Positions 1 through 8,929 of a stretch of 16,297 bases of DNA are shown piece by piece. The DNA comes from Azolla caroliniana. Lineage: Eukaryota; Plantae; Polypodiophyta. The notes beneath the pieces were generated by a model, which saw only the letters and a list, made by a program, of their open reading frames with translations, was not told the origin of the DNA and searched no databases. Location: assembly GCA_043228905.1 (NCBI GenBank), contig JBHGNT010000753.1:1-16297 (forward strand), written 5' to 3'. A program made the position numbers and the translations under genes. Positions within the stretch are counted from its first letter, which is position 1. The number at the start of each line of letters is the position of its first letter.

Positions 1-154
1 AAATAGAGTTTTCTGTGTTCTGCCCTCTCAGTCTCTCCCATTACACTGTGTTGATTAAGCTTTCCATTAAACCTTCCTTATCTTCTTTGTCTCTTGTCTT
101 TTATCTATTGTTACCCGCTTGTGTCTGTTAAGCTTCCGCACGTATTCTTTTACA
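1..154 (+). mobile_element. 3' end (U5) of an LTR inserted into the intronic LINE; 3' LTR or solo LTR
   Basis: CT-rich tract ending GCTTCCGCacgTATTCTTTTACA. The same terminal motif ends the minus-strand LTR at 14453. No PBS follows, and LINE RT-like sequence starts immediately after. Confidence 0.5.
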
Positions 155-1955
155 CTTTGTTTGAATCTGCGAAAGGAAAAGTGTAATCTCCCAGTGGTGA
201 TTGGAGTTTGTGGCTAGCACAATTGGCGTAAAACAAGGATGCCTATTATCATCCACTCTTTTCAGGCATCTAGATCGATGAGGTATCACATTGCATAGGA
301 AGATTTGGTGGTTCATGAGTATGATTTGTGGGTCTAGCTATATAGGTATTACTATATGTTGGGGACATTGTGCTTAACTTTGACTTTCTAGAGGGACTTC
401 AAAGACATCTAAATGATTTAAAATCATTTTGTGCAAGAAAGGTTTGTCTAAAAACCTAGGTAAAACTAGTGATTTTGTTTAACACCACTGAAGCATGGTA
501 ATGAGATCAGAAATAGAACTCTTCTTAGTAGAAAGAAAGAAGAAAGAAAGATATATTAACGTCTTTTAAGAGGCCAAAATGGCCTATAAGACCAAACAAG
601 AGATTACATCTTATTATCTCGTCTTTGAGAACAACAAATCAAAAAAATAAGTAATACTCCGTAAATATAAAAGTAGAGAAAAAGGTGGCATATACACATT
701 CCTACATGTACTTAGGAATAACATTCATTGGGCCTCGGTTCTCCTTACATGAGGTTGCTTGTGCTCATCTTTCTTGTGCATATCAGGCGTTGGTGCCCAA
801 TAAAGACAATGTGCACATATACAATTCCAAGAACCATTAACTAAATTGTGGGCATTTGATATATTGTCAGACTGACTTTTGTCTATATAGTAGAAATCTG
901 AGAACCTAGCTTCACAAGGCATATAGTTGAATAGATTTGGAGAGAACTTTAGTTTCGATGATTGTCACATGATTAGGAGCAAAGCATTGGTGCTCCATGA
1001 TATAAGTCAAAGGGAGATGGAAGTAGCCCCAATAATCACTGTGCCATTATTCTGATCAATGAACAATATCCAATGATTTGTGGAGCTCCATAAACAAAGG
1101 TACTCAGGGTTGGCTGTCATGTCATCAAAGCAATGTATTGAACATGGAGATAATGATTGTTGGTATGCTGAGACACAACAATGGTTCAAGTCCATGACCT
1201 AAGCATAAATGCATTACCGTCTTAAGATAGCTTGGATTGTCTCCATCTCAACACGAACAAAGTGGAAAACAATAGAATGATCTTAATCCATATTATCGAA
1301 TTGGATAAGCAAATAGAATGGGTCAGCTTATATGGATATAAATCTGTCACATTCACTGTGTAGTGTGATAGGGTGGCAGTGGATCTCTTCACATCTGCTA
1401 GAGATTGAACCAGTCAGCCATGCACACATACCTCTGCAAGAAATAATTTTCCAATTGTGTCATCAAGGAGTGGATTCTAAAGAACACTAATTTTGCCACT
1501 ATACTGTTTTTTTATGAAATAAGAGGGAGATGCCATTACCTCTTTAACCAAGGCTTTGGCACCCAACTCAAGGCAATGCATTATGAGGACCACCATTGTT
1601 TGGGTTTGTTCTTGCTAGAACTCAGGAAACATAGGGAAAAATTGTTGAAAACAGATAAAGGCCATTATCTCCCAGTATTGCAGATGCTTACCTTGCTTTG
1701 GAGATATCTCCATTTTGGATTGACCTATGCCAGAGTTCTTTTGAAGAAAAAAATTATAGTCCATTTGACTTATGTATCTTGCATATAGATAATGTGATTC
1801 TTTAGTTCTATCTCTATTTACTTCTTTACTTTGTTATATTTATTTTAGTATATTGTTCTCAAACACATGACAACATTTTAATATATAATCTCTTGTTTGT
1901 TCTTATAGGCCATTTTGGCCTCGTAAAATATGTTGATATATCATTTTTATTTCTC
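155..1955 (+). mobile_element. Decayed non-LTR retrotransposon (LINE, RTE/RTEX-like), copy 1: RT core to 3' tail, interrupted by an antisense copy
   Basis: Manual translation across stops and frameshifts: GVKQGCLLSSTLF (225-263), LLYVGDIVL (decayed YADD at 355-366), EGLQRHLNDLKSFC, YMYLGITF (~703-726), SSHLLEIE...LCHQGVDSKEH*FCHY (~1385-1502), then a 3' UTR shared with three other copies. Confidence 0.85.
533..671 (-). mobile_element. 5'-truncated LINE 3' end (same family) inserted antisense inside copy 1
   Basis: Reverse complement reads ...ttgttctcaaagacgag...gatgtaatctcttgtttggtcttataggccattttggcctcttaaaagacgttaatatat(cttt)n, matching the tails at ~1850-1955, ~3650-3757 and ~6080-6280. 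Flanked by agtaga-type direct repeats at 527 and 672. Confidence 0.8.
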
Positions 1956-2034
1956 AAATAGGTCTAAATTATTTGGCTTGTAAAGTTTAAGTCTCCTTAG
2001 GAAAAGACCTTGCCAAAAGCAAAGAAAATATGCC

Positions 2035-2528
2035 TAACAATCGGCAACTGTTCGGTTTGAACCGAACCAAACTGCGAAATCGTGGCTTAATGGTTTAAAC
2101 GGTTCGGTTCAGTTCAGATTTGGATTTTTTTAACGGTTTGGTTCGGTTTCAACCGTGGTTTTAACGGTTTTTATTTTTTTATTTTTTTAAAAATTATAAA
2201 AAAAATTATAAAAAATTGGTTTTGAACAATCTTTTCATTTTCATGCCTTATCTTCACATTTTAGGAAAATCTTTAAAATTTTAAAAATTTAAATAATGAA
2301 ATCTTTTAAATTTTTAAAATTTAAAATTTAAAATTTGACCTAAGCTGAAAACCGAAACAGAACCACAAAACTGTGGTTTTACCTGTTTAATGGCTTAATG
2401 GTTTGAAATTTTTTTAATGCTTAGGTTTAACGGTATCATGGTTCGGTTTGGTTTGGTTCAGGTTTTAAAAAATTTAAACGGTTTGGTTTGGACCCTCTTG
2501 AACCGAACTGAACCGTTGCCGATTGTTA
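2035..2528. mobile_element. Non-autonomous hAT-type DNA transposon (MITE), 494 bp
   Basis: Perfect 14-bp TIR TAACAATCGGCAAC / GTTGCCGATTGTTA; 8-bp TSD aatatgcc (2027-2034) / aatatgtt (2529-2536); many subterminal AACCG/CGGTT motifs; AT-rich non-coding core. Confidence 0.85.
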
Positions 2529-2778
2529 AATATGTTGTGACACTTGAAGAGAGAGAATATGTCAAAGATGTAAATATGCGCTAAGAATTTAGCATAAATT
2601 TGCCAATCTAGAGAGCGGAGAATGCAAATTTCCTTAAACTTGGTTTCAGCTCTAGGTTTATTTAAGAGTAAAGCACTAGTGATTGAGCCAAGCTGATGTA
2701 GTTTTTTAATTCGTGCATGGCAATGTAAATGGAGAAGAGTGAGATAGTGTTTAGAAGTTTCAAATTCTTCTTTTGCAG

Positions 2779-2967
2779 GCCTCTGACACTGACATTCTAG
2801 CACTGGTTGAGATTGAGAATAACAGTCCACATCGGTTTGAGTTTTTTATGGGTCGTGTCAGTGAGGAACCTATCAGTGCACGGACTGCATGGGCACATGC
2901 TAAATCTGGTGGTGAAATTTCACATGGGCTTTCAGTTTATAGTTGTCAACTTAGACAACCAAATCAG
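2779..2967 (+). CDS. MMT: MMT coding exon (first in window, 63 codons)
   Basis: Acceptor ttttgcag at 2771-2778; ASDTDILALVEIENNSPHRFEFFMG...YSCQLRQPNQ; donor gtaaat at 2968. Confidence 0.95.
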
Positions 2968-5900
2968 GTAAATGGGAACTTTCTGCAATAAATCTTGTGC
3001 AGAATATGAGTGTAATTATCATTAACATAAAATGATACTAGTTTTTCTTGCTTAAAATGTTCCAGGTGAAAACTATCTTCAAGTTTTTAAGTAACAGTCT
3101 CCATGAGACTAAAGGTGCATTGGATCTTTCTTTCGAGGATGATTCAGTTGCGGAAGAAAAGATTCCTTTTCTAGCACATCTTGCAGGTGCACTTGAAACA
3201 ACATCACACCTTCCTTACGAGCTGCCGGTGGGATCAACAAGATTCAAGAACCTTATTTCTGGTTTTCTGCGTCTATATCACAGCATACCCTTAAGCCCAA
3301 AGGTAAGTCTCTTTGCATGAATATTTACTATTTCCTAGGGAATTTATGTTTCTAGTTTTTATATGTTCCTAGAAACCATGTGTGCAGGTGGGTAGAATCT
3401 TGAATTTTTTCTGGCTAAGTTAAAAGTTGTGCGACAAATGAACCTTGCTGTATGAAAATACAATAGATCAGTGAACCTTGCTGTCCATTATCAAAGTTCT
3501 AAATGTTATCTTAAGAAAAAGATGGGGAATTTCACTTTGGAGATCTTTCGAAGACAAAAGTTAATCTCACATGTGCCGAAAACCAGATTCTGTCATCTCT
3601 TTTTATCTTATTTACTTTTAAATTTACTGAGTAATATTTATTTTATTTTGATTTGTTGTTCTCAACGATGAGGCAACACTTCAGATGTAATCTCTTGTTT
3701 GGTCTTATCGGCCATTTTGGTTTCTGAAAAGACGTTAATATATCTTTTTTTTCTTTCCTGTTCTGCATATTGGTCATTTTCCTTGCCTGTCATGCATATT
3801 ATGCAGAGTATAAGTGTCACCTTCTGGGTTTGTCCTATTTAATTTTCATTGCTATCAACTCTGATGAATTGTTACTTGGTTTGCCATCCTATTATTTGTG
3901 TGGTCCCACTTACAAGTCTAACAGTAGAAGAGAAAGGGATCATAGCATTTCTACGCATCTTGTATCTTTTTATTTTCTTGCTCGAAAATATATCCTTGTT
4001 TTCAGGCATCCACTGTCTCTCTTTCTGCAAATTAGTTCTGACAATGAATGCGTAGTGATAAATGCTCCTCAAGTAAAAGGAATGGTACTTCATCTAAAAG
4101 TATTTGAATTCAAGAGAGTTGACTATATCTGTAGGCAGGGAATTCTTTTTATCTTCTATATTGTTTTTTCCTGATGGCCTTGTACATCCTTGTGCTCAAA
4201 GAATTTTCGTCTTACTTCAACAGATAACTATTTGTTAGACACAACTGTCTGTTCCATTTATGAAGCGTTCATTGTGATTATAGATAACATGGATTTATAA
4301 CTTTGGCAGAACATTCTCGTCTTTCCTTCAAGAGCACATGCAATTGAGTACTTCTTGTCTCTCTTCTCACCAGAACTTGCCTTGGTTGATGGAAGTCTTA
4401 CGATGCTGCTACCTCACAAGTGGCTGACTACTATTTCAGCAAAGGTGCGTTTGTACCTTATTGCTGTTCTCACTTTTTACACAGACTTCACTATTCTAAG
4501 ATGATTACCTAAATTATATAACACAAAATCAACTATTTTTTCATTTTCTAAGATAATGATCTAAATTAATAATATAGCTTGTTCTATGCAGCAATTTGGA
4601 ATCTGCCCAGTGAAGCAGGTATTTGGAAACAATATCACGGTGATTGAAGCACCTAAGCGTGTTGATCTTGTCCTACAGCTTCTTGATCGGCTCAAGCCTC
4701 AAGTTGTTGTTTCAACCCTAGCTGATTTTGAGATGAAATCGTGCACAGCTTTTGAACAGCTTCTTGATGCATGTGCTAGAGTTGGTTCACGTTTACTACT
4801 TGATATTTCTGATCATATAGAGCTTTCTAGTATGCCTGGAACGAATGGAGTACTGCAATATCTTGCAGCTCGTGCTTTACCGAATCATGCAACAATTGTA
4901 TGTGGGCTTCTAAAAAATAAAGTAAGTCTAGCTGTGTCTTGAAAAAAGTGTGTATAATATAATGTAGTTAGAATCTTATCAGAAACTTATTGTATGATAT
5001 GATATGTGAATGTTCACTGGGTTGAGTTGGAATGCCAAAACATTGCAAGCACATTTGAAATTAAACACCAGCTCTTCTCTATGGAGTAAACGTGGGGACT
5101 AAGTCTTAACAAGGAAAATAACTGGAAAGATTTAAAAAGACCTTTAGTGTCAATGATTGCCCGCATACTGAGGAGCAAAGCATCAACGCTCGATGACGTA
5201 ATCTGGATAAAGATGGGAGCCCTATAATCATCAAGGCATTATTCTGATCAGCGACCTGCATCCAACATCTTTGGGAGATTCCTAAAGGAAGGTACTCAAG
5301 GTTGGCACTCATGCTATCAAGACAACTTGCTGAACATGGAGACGCCCGTTGTTGGTATGCTGAAATGCATAAGCATAAATGCACTACCTCTTTTCAATAT
5401 AGCTTGGACTATCCCCATCTAAACATGACCAAAGTGGAAAATAGTAGATAGAGTGATCTGAACGGGTATTTTAAACTTCGAAAAGAAGATAACATGGATC
5501 AGCTCCAAAATATCACTTGGTATGAAGATGGCCCACTATAAGACTCACTTTTGACACATATTGGAGGATGGATTCATCATCAGGCCATCGTGTATATGAA
5601 CATACATCTATCCTATGTGCTGCCCAGTGTTATAAGGCAGCTGTGAACTTCATCATATTAGTTGAGTTTGAGGTAGGCAGATATGCACGAGTACCTCTAG
5701 AAGAAATAAGGAGTGGAATCCGAAGAACACTACGTTTGTCACTGTGGTGTCTTTTCTGAAGTAAGAGGGTGATGCCATTGCTTTGGCCCACTATGGAAGG
5801 TAATAGAATATGAGGACCAACGATGCTTGGAACTTCTCCATGGATCACGATCTCATTACCCTTGTCATCGACAAATAAAGTTCATTATCTCCCGCCATCT

Positions 5901-8374
5901 TAGGTGATTCCCTCACTTCGAAGACCTCTCCATTTTGGATCGACCTATACGAGAGATCTTTCGAAGACAAAGATTACAATATATTTGACTTGAGAATCTT
6001 ACATGTGCCGATAACAAGATTCTTTAGTCTCTTTTTATCTTATTGATCTTTTTTTTAAAACTTAGTAACATTTTTTTATTTTGGTTGTTCTCAAAGACGA
6101 GACAACACTTAAGATGTAATCTCTTGTTTGTTCTTATATGCCATTATAGCCTCTAAAAAACTTAGTAACATTTTTTTATTTTGGTTGTTCTCAAAGACGA
6201 GACAACACTTAAGATGTAATCTCTTGTTTGTTCTTATATGCCATTATAGCCTCCTAAAAACGTTAATATATCTTTATTTCTTAGCCAAATATTATCTGTA
6301 TAAAATAATGTTGTGAATGCTCACCTGCTTAAGCCGAAATGCCATAGACTTAAGATGTAATCTCTTGTTTGTTCTTATATGCCATTATGGCCTCTTAAAA
6401 ACTTTAATATCTTTCTTTCTTTCTTAGCCAAATCTTAATTGTATAAAATAATGTTGTGAATGCTTACCTGCTTGAGCCAAAATGCCATAGACTTCTTGTA
6501 AGGGTAAGATCATAATAGCATTTGAAATTAGAGTTTTAGTGTTATTTCAGAATTGAAAAGTGTTTATGGCTTGCCAGGTTTATTGTGATTTGGAAGTTGC
6601 ATTTATCATCTCTGAGAACGAAGATGTTCTTTACCTCATGGAAAAAATGGGGGAACTTTTAAATGGAGGAACCGCAGTATCCAATCAATTTTATTATGGT
6701 TGCCTATTTCAAGAATTGCTTACTTTTCAGCTTCCAGGACGTCATCCCATGCCACAGGTATTATCTTCTGTTGTCGTTGTGCATACACTTGCATATTTTA
6801 TGTAATGCTAACTGAGTGTCATTATCTGGTTTGCCACAGAGATCTCCGGTTGCAGAGACAAAAACGAATCTGATTGAGGTTCCGAAAAATATGCTAGAAT
6901 GTCTTCGGGAAGTCAAAGTTTTGAATAAACAACAAAATGGAGATGAATTATATATGAATTCAATTGAAAATCTTCTTCCAACACCTACATCTGTGAAAAT
7001 GGCCATCTTTGAAAGCTTTGCACGACAAAACATTACCGATGTTGAAACTGATCTAATACCTGAGATTTACAAGTTTATCGATATCAAATTTGGAATCCCA
7101 GTAAATTCTTCATCAGAGATCATTCTTAGTGACAGTACCAAAGCAATCTTTTCGAAATTAGTAATTCAATGTAGAGATGTCCGTGGGACTTTGTTTTTTG
7201 TTGCTGGATCTAATGAAGCATATATATACGCTGCTAAGCTTCTGGGGGCATGTGTAGAGATCATTCATACTAAGGCAGACGATTCTTTTAAGCTTACAGA
7301 GAAAGTCGTAATGGAAGCATTTGGATCATCTGACAAGCCTTTTCTATATGTTACTGGACCCACAATCTATCCTACGGGGATGGTGTACTCAAAATCTGAG
7401 ATTGAAGATTTGATATCTTGTTGCTCAAAATTTGGTGCTCATTTGTTTGTGGACACATCGTTTTCTGGATTAGAGTTTGGGTTGCGAGAGCATGCAATTT
7501 GGAACCTCAAAGGTGTTGATTGCTCAAATGTAACAGTGTTTGGGAACTTCTCGTTGCAATTATTAACAGGGGGGTTAGAGCTATGTTATGCTTTGGTGCA
7601 GGATTCCTTTTCGAAAGGTTTCAAGGATAATTTGAATATGGTCAGGCCCCATGGCACGCTGAAGTATGCCATGAAGAAGCTTTTGAAGCTCTACAATGAG
7701 GGTGGAATTTGTCATCAAGATTTGATGCAACAAAGGAACTGGTTACTTCACAGAGCTGACTCATTCTGTGAGGTAAAATGCACGTTTGATGATTAGATTT
7801 TATTTAGGGCATTTGTTGAAATAAAGAAGAAGACTTCATTTGCTATTGACTCAAATGCCCCTACATGTGCATTATTTCCCTAAATGCTGTGGTCAACCCC
7901 TGAAAGTGAGGAAAAGGGGATAAACTGATCATATAATTGCTTGATGGGTTGAACAAGAACATTTGGGGAAATAATTTTTTGGGTTTTTTGGAGTTTTTCC
8001 TTTCTTACTTATAAGCATTTGACGTGACAATGAATCATGAAACATACTCACTTTTATTTTGGCAGATGCTTGGAAACTTTGGTTGGGTGCCCTTAAAACC
8101 TTTGGGCGGAGTATCTTTGTTAGCAAGTCCAAAAGCATATGAAGGAAAACAAATAACTTACAAAACTACTCTGGGCTCAACGAAAATGTTAGAGCTGGAT
8201 AATGACAATATCATAAAAGTTATTTCTGATTGTACAAATCTTCACTTAAGCAGAAGCAGCAGCATTCCTGGACACATTCAATTTGGATTCTCACTTCCAG
8301 AAGAGGAGTATTGTAGAGCTATAGAAGCTTTGAGAGAATTCCAAGGAATGGTAAATGATAAAAGACAAGCATAG
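2779..8374 (+). CDS. MMT: Methionine S-methyltransferase (AdoMet:Met S-methyltransferase), 5'-partial; join(2779-2967,3066-3302,4310-4444,4592-4921,6578-6757,6840-7772,8066-8374)
   Basis: Spliced translation (ASDTDILALVEIENNSPHRFEFFMG...LDLSFEDDSVAEEKIPFLAHLA...YYGCLFQELLTFQL...AIFESFARQNI...DTSFSGLEF...PHGTLKYAMKK) is colinear with plant MMT as recalled (e.g. Arabidopsis). Every junction is GT-AG, every exon length is divisible by 3, and there are no internal stops. Confidence 0.95.
3066..3302 (+). CDS. MMT: MMT coding exon (79 codons)
   Basis: Acceptor tccag at 3061-3065; VKTIFKFL...LDLSFEDDSVAEEKIPFL...YHSIPLSPK; donor gtaagt at 3303. Confidence 0.95.
3530..3757 (+). mobile_element. 5'-truncated LINE 3' end, copy 3
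   Basis: gagatctttcgaagacaaa, acatgtgccga and gatgtaatctcttgtttggtcttat...gacgttaatatatcttt match copy 2 (5950-6280) and the antisense copy at 533-671. Confidence 0.8.
4310..4444 (+). CDS. MMT: MMT coding exon (45 codons; absent from the ORF track)
   Basis: Acceptor tttggcag ending 4309; NILVFPSRAHAIEYFLSLFSPELALVDGSLTMLLPHKWLTTISAK resembles MMT NIVVFPSRAVAIE...LP.SWLT; donor gtgcgt at 4445. Confidence 0.92.
4592..4921 (+). CDS. MMT: MMT coding exon (110 codons; alternative in-frame acceptor would start at 4619)
   Basis: Acceptor cttgttctatgcag ending 4591; ITVIEAP...LKPQVVV...LDISDHIELSSMPGTNGVLQYLA...CGLLKNK; donor gtaagt at 4922. Confidence 0.9.
5064..6421 (+). mobile_element. Decayed LINE copy 2 (post-RT region, CCHC finger, 3' UTR with tandem duplications)
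   Basis: Colinear with ~870-1955 (e.g. aggagcaaagcat, cattattctgatca, aaggtactca.ggttggc, gaacatggaga, gttggtatgctga, aagcataaatgca). Translates PALLYGV..., IRQL*TSSY*L/EFEVGRYARVPLEE, GVESEEHYVCHCGVF. Confidence 0.85.
6057..6253 (+). repeat. Exact tandem duplication, 100-bp period
   Basis: 6057-6153 is identical to 6157-6253 by eye. Confidence 0.95.
6211..6494 (+). repeat. Diverged tandem duplication, ~141-143-bp unit (LINE tail plus right flank)
   Basis: 6211-6351 vs 6352-6494: both start aagatgtaatctcttg and end aatgccatagactt, with multiple substitutions; ACTT microhomology at the junction. Confidence 0.9.
6578..6757 (+). CDS. MMT: MMT coding exon (60 codons)
   Basis: Acceptor ttgccag ending 6577; VYCDLEVAFIISE...QFYYGCLFQELLTFQLPGRHPMPQ; donor gtatta at 6758. 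Confidence 0.95.
6840..7772 (+). CDS. MMT: MMT large exon, PLP-dependent aminotransferase-like domain (311 codons)
   Basis: Acceptor ttgccacag ending 6839; contains AIFESFARQNI, GPTIYPTGMVYS, VDTSFSGLEF, PHGTLKYAMKK; donor gtaaaa at 7773. Confidence 0.95.
8066..8374 (+). CDS. MMT: MMT terminal exon (102 codons + TAG)
   Basis: Acceptor cttttattttggcag ending 8065; GWVPLKPLGGVSLLASPKAY...IPGHIQFGFSLPEEEY.RAIEAL; stop at 8372-8374. Confidence 0.93.
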   Translation: MLGNFGWVPLKPLGGVSLLASPKAYEGKQITYKTTLGSTKMLELDNDNIIKVISDCTNLHLSRSSSIPGHIQFGFSLPEEEYCRAIEALREFQGMVNDKRQA

Positions 8375-8929
8375 TTCGAGGGTACATAATGACTAGACAT
8401 GTTTGGATCAAAATGATGTGCATCCTCATATCCTTTCTCCTTGAGAATGTTGTCAAGATTAGCCCCCAAAAGTGACTGTTTTTTCCACTTCTAGAACCGA
8501 AATTGATCGTGCTAATTTTAATGAATTTTCTGAGGCTTTCTATTATATTATTTTGACATATTCTATGCAATTTTCATTTGATTTCTGGAAATTGCTAGAG
8601 AAACCGAGGAACGTTTGGTACTTTATCTTCTTTTGGTTTTGAAGGTAACACCACTCAAGGCCACGGTTGTCCTACAGACATTACTTGTACAAATAATTGA
8701 GAGTCTTGCCAACTAAGTTGTACATGTACAAGAGAGTGGCCTTCATGCAAAAAGTTTGTGGTCTTCAGTGATAATGTCGGGGCTATCTATTGGACATTGT
8801 TGCATAGTTAGGGTATGCTTAGTCCAATCAAGAGGTGTAACCATAGGTTGACATATTTGCATTCGCAGGGTTCCCAAACAAATTCACATGAATACACATA
8901 CCAATGCATGAAAAAGCATTAGAAAAAGA

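Noticed and set aside
533-1955. Inverted LINE tails read as TIRs of a 1.4-kb DNA transposon or a twin-priming inversion
   Set aside because: RT-like sequence continues left of 533, so the minus copy is an insertion within copy 1.
2040-2520. Recurrent GGTTC/AACCG motifs as a CRISPR-like or satellite array
   Set aside because: No constant repeat-spacer period; explained as hAT subterminal repeats in a eukaryotic context.
3770-4174. 134-aa ORF and overlapping short ORFs
   Set aside because: Inside an MMT intron, non-ATG start, no recognisable motif.
1007-5384. Similar minus-strand ORFs 1007-1195 and 5106-5384 suggesting a small gene family
   Set aside because: Both are antisense to homologous parts of LINE copies 1 and 2.
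6816-7796. 326-aa ORF as a standalone aminotransferase
   Set aside because: Bounded by splice sites, continuous with flanking MMT exons, and lacks the catalytic lysine.
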